Source of the DNA: Malacoraja senta
Lineage: Eukaryota
Direction of reading: 5' to 3'
DNA length: 64,000 bases
Assembly: GCA_038087875.1 (NCBI GenBank)
Contig: JAXLNO010005863.1
Span: forward strand, 434,001-498,000
This document shows positions 52,829 to 63,920 of this stretch, one piece after another. Numbering within the stretch: position 1 is the stretch's first letter; every line of letters starts with the position of its first letter. Under the pieces are notes generated by a model. It saw nothing but the letters and a program-made list of their open reading frames with translations, was not told the origin of the DNA and did no database searches. Made by a program: the position numbers and the translations under genes.

Positions 52829-54650
52829 ATTAGTTAAAGCAAATGTAGGTCCCTTGCCGTCAGAAACAGGTGAATTGATCATGGGGAACAAGGACATGGC
52901 AGACCAATTGAATAACTACTTTGGTTCTGTCTTCACTAAGGAAGACTTAATTAACTGCCGGAAATAGCAGGGGACCGGGGGTCAAATGAGATGGAGGAAC
53001 TGAGTGAAATCCAGGTTAGCTGGGAAGTGGTGTTAGGTAAATTGAATGGATTAAAGGCCGATAAATCCCCAAGGCCAGATAGACTGCATCCTAGAGTACT
53101 TAAGGAAGTAGCCCCAGAAATAGTGGAAGCATTAGTGATAATTTTTCAAAACTCTTTAGATTCTGGAGTAGTTCCTGAGGATTGGAGGGTAGCAAACGTA
53201 ACCCCACTTTTTAAAAAGGGAGGGAGAGAGAAAACGGGGAATTACAGACCAGTTAGTCTAACATCAGTAGTGGGGAAACTGCTAGAGTCAGTTATTAAAG
53301 ATGGGATAGCAGCACATTTGGAAAATGGTGAAATCATTGGACAAAGTCAGCATGGATTTATGAAAGGTAAATCATGTCTGACGAATCTTATAGAATTTTT
53401 CGAGGATGTAATTAGTAGAGTGGATAAGGGAGAACCAGTGGATGTGTTATATCTGGACTTCCAGAAGGCTTTCGACAAGGACCCACATAAGAGATTAATA
53501 TACAAACTTAAAGCACATGGTATTGGGGGTTCAGTATTGATGTGGATAGAGAACTGGCTGGCAGACAGGAAGCAAAGAGTAGGACTAAACGGGTCCTTTT
53601 CAGAATGGCAGGCAGTGACTAGTGGGGTACCGCAAGGCTCAGTGCTGGGACCCCAGCTATTTACAATATATATTAATGATTTGGACGAGGGAATTGAATG
53701 CAACATCTCCAAGTTTGCGGATGACACGAAGCTGGGGGGGCAGTGTTAGCTGTGAGGAGGGTGCTAGGAGGCTGCAAGGTGACTTGGATAGGCTGGGTGA
53801 GTGGGCAAATGCATGGCAGATGCAGTATAATGTGGATAAATGTGTGGTTATCCACTTTGGTGGCAAAAACAGGAAAGTAGACTTTTACCTGAATGGTGGC
53901 CGATTAGGAAAAGGGGAGATGCAACGAGACCTGGGTGCCATGGTACACCAGTCATTGAAAGTAGGCACGCAGGTGCAGCAGGCAGTGAAGAAAGCGAATG
54001 GTATGTTAGCATTCATAGCAAAAGGATTTGAGTATAGGAGCAGGGAGTTTCTACTGCAGTTGTACAGGGTCTTGGTGAGACCACACCTGGAGTATTGCGT
54101 ACAGTTTTGGTCTCCTAATCTGAGGAAGGACATTCTTGCCATAGAGGGAGTACAGAGAAGGTTCACCAGACTGATTCCTGGGATGTCAGGACTTTCATAT
54201 GAAGAAAGACTGGATAGACTCTGCTTGTACTCGCTAGAATTTAGAAGATTGAGGGGGGATCTTATAGAAACGTACAAAATTCTTAAGGGGTTGGACAGGC
54301 TAGATGCAGAAAGATTGTTCCCAATGTTGGGGAAGTCCAGAACAAGGGGTCACAGTTTAAGGATAAAGGGGAAATCTTTTAGGACTGAGATGAGAAAAAC
54401 ATTTTTTACACAGAGAGTGGTGAATCTCTGGAATTCTCTGCCACAGAATGTAGTTGAGGCCCGTTCATTGGCTATATTTAAGAGGGAGTTAGATGTGGCC
54501 CTTGTGGCTAAAGGGCTCAGGGGGTATGGAGAGAAGGCAGGTACAGGATACTGAGTTGGATGATCAGCCATGATCATATTGAATGGCGGTGCAGGCTCGA
54601 AGGGCCGAATGGCTTGCTCCTGCACCTATTTTCTGTGTTTCTATGTTTCT
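52829..54650 (+). mobile_element. Young 5'-truncated CR1 inserted in an older CR1 3' end (TSD AAAAG)
   Basis: ORFs 52991-53749 and 53622-54554 are split by one extra G in a G-run near 53740. AAAAG at 52824-52828 and 54651-54655. The host CR1 3' end continues at 54656-54762. Confidence 0.95.
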
Positions 54651-54763
54651 AAAAGCAGGAATGGGGTACTGATTCTAGATGCCGGCATGATCATATTGAA
54701 TGGCGGTGCTGGCTCGAATGGCCGAATGGCCTACTCCTGTGCCTATGTTTCTATGTTTCTATA

Positions 54764-55455
54764 ATTCAGATTCAGATTCAGATTCAGAAAACTTTATTGT
54801 CTGTCGTAACAGAAAATCTTCTTTGGCGTGGCTCAACATACAAACAGGACAATGTACTGATAAGCAGTCATACAACACAGATTTCTGCGAGCACACACCG
54901 TGTGTATAGATCTTAAAAGCAAGTATAAAGATTAAAAACTGTAAAAATAGACAAGATGAAAGTTGTGGATACGTGTAAATTGACAGTGCGTCAGGGTTAA
55001 TTTGTCCATTGTTCATTTTTTATTTAAGCTGTTTATGGCAATGGGTATGAATGAGTTTTTGTGGATGTTTTTCTTAGATAGGGGGACTTTATATCGGCGG
55101 CCTGATGGCAGAAGTTGGAAGGACTTGTGCAGGGGGTGGGTGGGATCCTGTGTAATGAGGTTGGCTTTCCTTTTAACTGCCTGGGTGTGGAGTACTGATA
55201 ATTGATTTTGAGTTTTGCCAGTTATTTTGCTTGCTTGATTGATGATCCGGGAAAGCTTTGATTTGTCTTTGACAGAGGTGAGGGTGAACCAGGATGTGAT
55301 GTTAAAGGTGAGTACAGATTCTATAAGTGATTTATAGACAGCTGTTAAAATGTCCTGTCTGACATCAAAGCTCCCGAGTTTCCTCAGCAGGAACAGGCGT
55401 TGCTGTGCCTTCTTGTACACAGAGTCTGTGTGCTGGGAGAAGGACAGGCGGTTAG
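54764..55455 (-). mobile_element. Rex1/Babar-type LINE 3' fragment with (TCTGAA)n tail
   Basis: ORF 55013-55462 with KKAQQRLFLLRKL and LLPSGRRYK motifs. Confidence 0.88.
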
Positions 55456-55977
55456 TATACAATTAGTATATAATTAGCTAATTAGTATACAAATTAGCTA
55501 TTTGTGGTGTTTCTTGAAAACACAAAGACGAGAGAATGTAAAGGATCTGCAGAACAACTAAAAGACTGCAGAAAGCAGCTTGAAAAGAAGGCTCTTCATC
55601 TATACAACATAATTATGTTTTATTCAGCTAGCATTGTTTGTAGAGTTTCTTATTGGAAAGAAAACATCATGCAAGTTTTGACCCTTCCTTATTACTCCTG
55701 GTCCCAGGGGCATGGTTGGCATTAGCTCATTACCTTCATCCTAATAAAGAGTTGTTGTTCACAGTTGTGCCTAGGTTTTTATCAATTATAACCTTGAGTT
55801 CACAAACTGTTCTTTGTCTCTGGGCTAAAGTTCACAGACTCTCCTTTTCAAGGAGTGAGCAGTTTTAAGCAAACTGACTTCAGCAAATCTTTACAAATTC
55901 CATCAACCTCCCCCCCCCCCCCCCCCCCCCACTTTGATTCATCAATCAATGCCAGAGGGAATGAATCATCTAAGTAA

Positions 55978-56659
55978 AGGGGCCTGTCCCACTTGCGTGT
56001 CCTTGGAACGCAAATTACGCGTTGAGCCACGATGGTCCGGCGAAGGTCGGGCACGATTACATGCGTACGCACAGCCGTCTGGAGCGCGTGACGTTATTTG
56101 AAGATGGACACGAAGCTGGAGTAACTCAGCGGAACCGGCAGCATCTCTGGAGAGAAGCAATGGGTGATGTTTCGTGTCGAGACTCTTCTTCAGTCTGAAA
56201 AGAAGGGTCTTGATCCGAAACGTCACCCATTGCTTCTCTCCAGAGATGCTGCCGGTCCCACTGAGTGACTCCTGCATTTTGTGTCTATCTTCAATTTTCT
56301 TGGCCCCGCTCTGGGAGTAGAAGTGGGGGCGGATCCGGACCGCAACGGCCGTGAGCCCCAGGCCGAGTTCGGCGATCGTTTGCCTGCTTCTGCTGCTGTT
56401 GAAAGTGAGACGTTGCGTCGCGCCAGGGTCTTGGGCCTTTCCCATTTTGGCTGTCAGTTCCGCGACAGGCCGTTGGCGCGCAAAGATTTAGTTCACTGCA
56501 AAATTATCGGAGCCCCGCGCGATGTCGCGCACAACTACATACACCTCGGCGCTTCCAAGTGGGACCGGCCCCGCGCGGCCATACGATGCCCGTGCGCCTC
56601 AACGCGACCACAAGGTCGCATAATTTGTGTGCCAAGGACACGTAAGTGGGACAGGCCCT
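55978..56659. mobile_element. PIF/Harbinger-type MITE (TAA TSD) containing a palindromic Penelope-derived insert
   Basis: Approximately 40-bp TIRs GGGCCTGTCCCACTTRCGTGTCCTTGG. TAA at 55975-55977 and 56660-56662. Insert at 56098-56294. Confidence 0.85.
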
Positions 56660-56692
56660 TAAGAATACCAAGGAAGGGTAGCGCAGCTACAC

Positions 56693-56744
56693 ATCACTGG
56701 ATATCTTTAACCTGTCCAATCACTGGATATCTTTAACCTGTTCA
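56693..56744 (+). repeat. 26-bp tandem duplication
   Basis: ATCACTGGATATCTTTAACCTGTYCA twice. Confidence 0.9.
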
Positions 56745-57672
56745 ATGCCATCGCCGAGTACACTAGGGGTCATGGCCAATAGTGAAAAATAAACTTGGCA
56801 GTGAACAGCTTAATGGTCTCCATATTTTAGAGAAAGCCTTCAATGCCCATGAGGGGTGAGCCTTATTATATGTATGTTTCTCTAAATATAGGAAGCACTT
56901 TTGTGGTAAAAGATGGGGCAGCTCGGGCCTCGAAAAGATCCAACCTTATGTGCAGCTTTATATTTGTTTATATGCAATAAGCAAAAAGAACACAATAGAA
57001 GATAAAACATGATAATAATTATAAGCAAAGCCAAGAGATCGTGGCCTTACACGAGTTGCTGCCTTGCAGCACCAGAGACCCTGGTTTGAACCTGACTACG
57101 AGTGGTGACTGTACGGAGTTTGCATGTTCTCCCCGTAACCTGTGTGGCTTTTCTCTGAGATGTAGGTAAATTGGCTTGGTGTAAATGAAAATTGTCCCTA
57201 GTGTGGGCTGAATGGCCTGTTTCAGCACTGTATCTCCAAAGCAGTGGTTCTTAACCTGGGGGTCGTGACCCCCATGGGGTTCGTTTGGGGGTTTTCCGGG
57301 GGTCATGAAGGGGTTGTAAAGAACATCAATTTGTTGAGCCTATTTTTAGGAACCTAACAAAGGTACAGACCACACACAGTATTTTGTTCACGAATGCGCG
57401 TACGTATACACAGGGCCTATGAGAGGGGGGTGCAGGGGGTACATCGTATGCGGGCCCAGAGTCCAATAGGAGCCCGGGAGCTGAAGGAGGGGGGATGGGA
57501 ATTTCCTGAAATCTCAGAAAATGTTTGCATATATTTTGTGAAGACTAGCATTCACATTTTGTGCCTTCGGAGTTTTATATATTATAATTCGTAGAAATTG
57601 TGATCCATAATAAAGCAGGGAATTTTAACTGGTGGTGTGTGGTCGGGGTAACCTGATTAAAAGAGAGGGAAG

Positions 57673-58105
57673 GGGAAGACCCATCACTACTGATGGGTCT
57701 TCCCTGCAGGAGAGAGGAGGTGGAGAGCACTAGGACCCAACAGTCATCACTACTGATGGATCTTCCCTGCAGGAGGAGGGAGAGCACTAGGACCCAACTG
57801 ACTGATGGATCTGCCCTATAGGGGGGGGGGGGGGGGGAGCACTAGGACCCAGCAGAGTCATCACTACTGATTCATCTTCCCTGTAGGGGGAGGGAGAGCA
57901 CTAGGACCCAACTGACTGATGGATCTGCCCTATAGGGGGGGGGAAGCACTAGGACCCAGCAGTCATCACTACTGATTGATCTTCCCTGTAGGGGGAGCGA
58001 GAGCACTAGGACCCAACTGACTGATGGATCTGCCCTATAAGGGGGGGGGGGGAGCACTAGGACCCAGCAGTCATCACTACTGATTGATCTTCCCTGTAGG
58101 GGGAG
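57673..58105 (+). repeat. Higher-order minisatellite (alternating A/B units starting AGCACTAGGACCCA)
   Basis: Units at about 57726, 57783, 57838, 57897, 57945, 58002 and 58053, preceded by a 14-bp-stem hairpin at 57673-57704. Confidence 0.9.
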
Positions 58106-58369
58106 GGGGACTAGGAGCAAGCAGAGTTAGACCACGTGCTGCCTGCATGGTGGAGGTTGTGGGCCTGGTGCTGAACCGGGAAGGTGACGGCTCTGGCCCG
58201 CTGGTGGCCGGTGGAGAGGCAAGTGTCGGCGGAGTCGCTGGTGGAGGCCCGTGGGGAGCTGGAGTAGAGATATGGGCTTTCCAGCGACAGTGGCTGCGGT
58301 GGCCCCGCCCAGGGAGGTGGTGAGAGTCGGCAGCCACGGCTGTTTCAGTGGTCCGGGCCTGCGTTTGGG

Positions 58370-58590
58370 TGGGAGAGTGGGCGTGGGTAAGTGGGTGGAT
58401 TTGTGTGGGTGGGGGTGTGGGTCAGTGGGTGTGGGTCAGTGTGGGTGGGTGGGTGTGAGTGGGTGTGTGTGTGGGGGGGGGTGTATGTGAGTAGGTGTGT
58501 GTGTGTGGGTGTGTGTGTGTGTGTGGATGTGTTTGGGTGTATGCGAGTAGGTGAGTGAGTGTGTGTCTGAGTGTATGTATGTGTTAGTGG
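58370..58590 (+). repeat. GT/GGGT-rich microsatellite tract
   Basis: Directly visible low-complexity sequence. Confidence 0.9.
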
Positions 58591-59645
58591 GAGGGTGAAT
58601 TTTATAAATGAAGTTAAAACCATTAGATCTGTTGAACTTGTTAATAGACTATTGACTTGGTAACCTGTTTCCAAATGTTTGTGTTAGCTTCAGAATACTA
58701 TTAACAATTCCAGCAACAGTAGCTTCTGCAGAGAGGTCATTTAGCAAACTCAAGCTGATTAAGAATTATTTAAGGTCGACAATGTCTCATGACCGTCTTG
58801 TGGATTTGGCCAGGCTAAGTATTCAAAGTTAAAGTCAGTTTTATTCATCACATACACCCGAAGGTGCAGTGAAGTGAATTTGCCAGCAGTGATACACGTA
58901 AAAAGAACACACAATACACAATAAAATTGAACACAAACATCCACTACAGCATTCTTCACTGTGGTGGAAGGCAACAAGTTTCAGCAAGTCCTCCTCCATT
59001 GTTCACCCGTGTTCGGGGCCATAACCCCTCCGTAGTCGCCGCTAGGGACGGCCCGATGTACAAGGCCCTCTCTTCGGGATGATCCAAACTCCGACGTTGG
59101 GACGGACAAACACACTCTGCGGCTTGGAGGTCCCGACTCGGCACTTTCCTACTGGAGACCGCAGCTTCAGGATGTTATAGGCCGCAGGCCAGCGGTTTTG
59201 CAGTTAAATATAAAAGGATGTTTCAATGTGAATTCTTTCTCCTTATCTGTATTGTAGCATAAACAAAGATGTTCAAAACAAAGGTAGATAAAATGCTGGA
59301 GAAACTCAATGGGTGAGGCAGCATCTATAGAGTGAAGGAAAACAAATGTGCTTGCTGATCCTTTTATGTTATTTATATTTATTTATATTTATCATGGAGG
59401 GTGTATAGGGACATAAGGCCTCAAATGCAGAAAATCAACAGAGCGCCCCATTCCACCCCTCTCTCAACTTCTGTACCCCTTTTTGCCGTGCAGGCTACAG
59501 CTCATGGCATAAAACTGTAGCATAGTGGATAAAAACAGGATGACTAATGGAGAAGGGAAGGGGGCCCAAAAGAAACTTTGTATCCACTGATAAAATTCCT
59601 CTGAGGCCCTGCGTATACACGCACAAACAGTGTGTGTTGTGAACC

Positions 59646-61402
59646 ATGTCTTCCAAGACGCGCACGTATAGTGAAACATTTCTCAAGTTCGGCTTCACAA
59701 GCATTGTTCCAAATCCGTGGTCAAGCCGCAATGTGTTCTCTGTGCCAAGGTGTTGAGTCACGAGAGCATGAAGCCCAGCAAATTGAAGATCCATTTGGAG
59801 TCTTGTCACAGTAACCTGGCGGGGAAGAGCGTGGACTCTTTCAAACGAAAAGAAGCCATACTCAAGGGTTCCCGCATGTATTCAACGGGTCACTGTGCTC
59901 ATCAAAATGAAGCAGCGTTGGATTGCTTATCGAATCGCACAGACTAAGAAACCTCACAGCATCAGTGAAGAGCTTATCAAGCCATGCCTTCTCGAAGCAG
60001 CAAAGTTGGTGCTGGGGGAACAGCAGTCAAACAAGTTCAGGCAGATTTCCCTTTTGAATGACACAGTCAAAAGTTGAATCTCGGATATGAGTAATGATAT
60101 TCTGCTGCAAGTAGTGAGGGCTGTGACGAGAAGTCCAGTGTATTCACTGCAACTGGGCGAGTCAACAGATGTTGCCTCATGTTCCCAACTGCTAGTCTAC
60201 GTTTGTTACCTCAATGGAAAAGCCATGACGGAGGAGGAGGAGTACCTGTTCTCGGAGCCATTGGCTACTACCACTCGGGGAGAAGATGTGTTCAGAATGC
60301 TGGAAGCCTTCCTCATCAAACATGAGCTAGGCTGGGAATGCCTTGTCGGGATGTGTACAGTTGGGGCACCTTCCATGGTTGGTTGCAGAACCGGTTTCCA
60401 AGCCTTCGTGAAGGATGTCGCTCCCCATGTCTCCTTCACCCACTGCATGATACATCGCCATGATTTAGCGATGAAGACTCTCCCTCTTGGTCTTCGAGAA
60501 GTGCTTTCAGATGTGGTGAAGATTGTGAACCACATCCGAGAGCGCAACAAACTCAAGAATCTTCAAGCGATGTGTGAAGAAATGGGCGCCGATTTCACTA
60601 TTCTGTTATTCCACACAGAAGTGCGCTGGCTTTTGCGTGGTAAAGTTCTCAATCATGTGATTCAACGTTGAGAGGAAATAGTGTTGTTCTTGGAGAGAAG
60701 GTGTACTGAGAAGGAGAATCAGCTTCATGAAAAGATGCAGGTTGAACTGTTCGTGATGAAGGTTGCTTACTTGGCTGACTTCTTCACTGAGGTGAATTCC
60801 TTGAACCTGTCACTTCAAGGAAACCTTCCAATGGCAAAGTGGCAGCATTCAGGAGGAACCTTTACCAGAGAAGAGCCCAGGACGGTGACTCGACTATCTT
60901 CCCTGAGATGATGACTCTCCTGGATGCTATGCCTGATGCTGAATGCCACTTCCATGAGGAGATCTCAACCCACCTTCTGGCAATTAGTGAAGCCATCGAA
61001 CGTTACTTCCCCAGACTGGACGACTGCTCTCATGATGAGTGGATCATCCGACCCTTTTCCGTTGAAGACGGTGGCATCAGTGATACTGATGTAACTGCGA
61101 AGGTTGAATTTTACCGAATTTGTGAAGATGCGCAACTCAAGAGTGACTTCATGGAACAAGAGCTCGCCACGTTTTGGCTGAAAGTGAAGGACTGTCCTGC
61201 TCTTTCGAAGAGGGCCCTGACCCTATTGGTCCAGTCCCCCTCAACCTCTCACTGTGAGGGTGGATTCGCAACTATGGTAACTCTGAAAACGAAGGTACGC
61301 AATAGGCTTGTGATCGACACTGACATGAGGTGCTGCATGTCGAGCATTCGTGCTCGTTTTGATTGCCTGATGACTGCGAAGCAATTTCAGACATCCCATT
61401 GA
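59646..61402 (+). pseudogene. hAT transposase (ZBED5/ZBED8/SCAND3-like Buster family), frameshifted
   Basis: ATG 59646 RTYSETFLKFGFT, BED finger CVLCAKVLSHESMKPSKLKIHL..CH, LQLGESTD, HCMIHRHDLA, HTEVRWL and CEGGFATM motifs. Several frameshifts and stops. Confidence 0.9.
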
Positions 61403-62409
61403 CTGAGCATTGGCTGACATGTTTTAATAAATCGGGCTGTTTTTTTTCAAATTTTGTTTCAGAGGTCACGGTACTGATCAAGAATGCCTGATGGGGTCGT
61501 GGGGCCAAAAAGGTTAAGAACCACTGCTCTAAAGCTTAAAACTAAAGGGGCTAATAAAGGCCACAAAGTGGCTTTAGTAAGTCAGATTACAGAAAATCCC
61601 ACATCTTTTTCAAGGTTTCATGTTTAGTTTATTGTCACATATACCAATTAAGGTACATTGAAATGCAGACTACCATACACCATACAAAAAAAAAGCAACA
61701 AGACACACAATAACGTAAAAGTTAACATAAACATCCACAACAGAGGAGCCCGCACGTTCCTCACTGTGATAGAAGGCAATAAAGTCTAATCTCCTTCCTC
61801 TTTATCTCCCGCGGTCTGGGCAGTCAAATAATCTGCAGTCGGTGGTCGAAACCCCCGTTGGGGAATCGAAACTCCCACATCGGAGCGGTCGAAACTCCTG
61901 CGGCTTGGAGTTCCCGGATGTCGGTCTCGACCGAGGACTGCAGGCTCCGCGATGTTAAAGTCTTGCAGGCTCTCACAGTTGGAGCTCTAAAGTCGATCCC
62001 TGACAAGGATTGCGAGCTCCATGATGGTAAGTCCACAGGCTCCTGCGATGGATCTCCCGGTCGATCTCTAGCAAAGGCCGCCATTCCTCAATGTTAGGCC
62101 GCATTGTGGACGGAGATACGATACAGAAAATATCGCATCAACGTCGAGGTAAGAGATTAGGAAAAGTTTCCCACAACTCCCCCACCCCCCCCCCCCGCCC
62201 AAAAAACAAGCTTAAGAACACTGAAGAATATACATTTAACACATACAAAATGGACACAAAGAAGGAAGGGACAGACATACTGTTGGCGAGGCAACCATTG
62301 CAGCAAAAGGTGGATTGCTTAAGGATATAGAAGGGAATATGTGCTTGGAGTTTGTGGATATAGGCGAGGTTTGGTTTCACCAAGGAAGACATGTAGAATA
62401 GTAAGGACC

Positions 62410-63183
62410 ATTAATAGTAAGTACATCATAAAATCCTCCAACATTTCTACCACCTCCAATGGGATCCCACTACTGGTCACATCTTCCCATCTCCACCCCT
62501 TTCTGCTTTCCGCAGAGACCTTTCCCTCCGAAACTCCCTGGTCAACTCGTCCCTTCTTACCCAAACCACCCGCTCCCCGGATACTTTCCCCTGCAACCGC
62601 AGGAGATGCAACACCTGTCCCTTTACGTCCCCCCTCGACTCCGTCCAAGGACCTAAAGTCTTTCCAGGTGAGGCAGAAGTTCACTTGCACCTCTTCCAAC
62701 CTCATGTACTGTATCCGCTGTTTCAGTTGTCAACTTCTCTACATCAGTGAGACCAAGCGCAGGCGCGGCGATCGTTTTGCTGAACACTTCCGCTCAGTCC
62801 GTCTTACCCTACCCGATCTCCCGGTGGCTCAGCACTTCAACTCCCCCTCCCATTCCCAATCTGACCTTTCTGTCCTGGGCCTCCTCCATTGTCAGAGTGA
62901 GGCCCAGCCCAAATTGGAGGAACAGCACCTCATATTTTGCTTGGATAGTCTATACTCCAGCGGTATGAGCATTGACTTCTAATACGTTCGATAGCCCTTG
63001 ATTTCTCTCTCCATCCCCTCCCCCTTCCCAATTCTGCCACCAGTCTTACTGTCTCCGCCGAAATTCTAACTTTGTCCCTCCCCTGACATCAGTCTGAAGA
63101 AGCTGCCTGACCCGCTGAGTTACGCCTGCATTTTGTGTGTCTCTTCGATTTTAACATCTGCAGCATCTGCAGTTCTTTCTTAC
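62410..63183 (+). mobile_element. Penelope-like element 3' part
   Basis: ORF 62341-62982 contains FTCTSSNLMYCIRCFSCQLLYISETKRR...LEEQHLIF. Confidence 0.88.
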
Positions 63184-63289
63184 ACATGGAGAATCAATGT
63201 GGAGAATGCTAACATGCAGGGACACTTTGAAGTTAAGCAAGAAGGAGATGTTGGATCACTTGAAGAGAAATGTGGATAAATCCCCAGGA

Positions 63290-63725
63290 CAGAGGGGTGT
63301 AGTGGATGATAATAATAATCGTTGAAAACATTAGTGCCGTGCTGGTTTCCGATGGGCACGGTGACGGACGCACCACACATCTCTGTCCTCCATGCAGCTG
63401 GCAGGCGCCTCGTTTATCTCTACACATGCGTCTTCCATCAACGTCTTCACCATCGTCTTGATTGGCCATCCTGGGTCAAGTCTTCCATGGGTGGGTTCCC
63501 ACAGCACAACCTTGTTTGCTGGCATTTCTGGGTGGCGGAGCCAGAGACCTGCGAGCCTCATCCTTCTCAACGTGATCTTCTCGGTCAGAGGTGGATTCTC
63601 CCCATAGAGCTGGGCGTTGGTGATGTGGTCCCTCCATCTGCATTTTGAACTTTTCCGAGCATTCGGATGTAGGTACCATCGAGAGTCTAGGACAGTGCTG
63701 GAGTGAGAGTCCATGCTTCACACCC
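63290..63725 (-). mobile_element. RTE-clade LINE 3' fragment
   Basis: WRDHITNAQLYG..P...RRMRLAG...H.E...VVLWEP.HG...GWP..T...CMEDRDVW is typical of RTE ORF C-termini. Confidence 0.78.
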
Positions 63726-63920
63726 GTACAATAATATGGTCTCTACAGTTGCACGGAAAGACAAATATTCAGGCTGTAGTTCAGTGACAAGTAGAGTTCT
63801 GCAGGGATCTGTGCTGTGACCCTTGCTACTTGTGACATATATAAATGACTTGGACCCTGGTGTTCAGAAATTACCCAGTCATAACAATTAATCAAATAAT
63901 GATTTTTATTTTTATTTCAG

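Larger units (their letters stand above)
57411..59611 (+). mobile_element. Second, non-autonomous hAT element nested in the first
   Basis: Ends CAGGGCCT / AGGCCCTG and a perfect 8-bp TSD CGTATACA (57403-57410, 59612-59619). A hAT C-terminal dimerisation remnant FPNV...TIPATVASAERSFSKLKLIKNYLRSTM lies at 58620-58823. Confidence 0.88.
57242..61526 (+). mobile_element. hAT (Buster/Charlie-type) DNA transposon inserted in a SINE tail
   Basis: TIRs CAGTGGTTCTTAACCT / AGGTTAAGAACCACTG, 8-bp TSD CTCCAAAG / CTCTAAAG, transposase remnant inside. Confidence 0.93.

Noticed and set aside
55910-55930. C21 homopolymer (also A20 at 41761-41780)
   Set aside because: Simple homopolymers of uncertain length with no evidence of function.
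57673-58105. Repeat array resembling CRISPR
   Set aside because: The inter-repeat sequences are themselves repeated (two alternating types), there are no unique spacers or cas genes, and the context is vertebrate.
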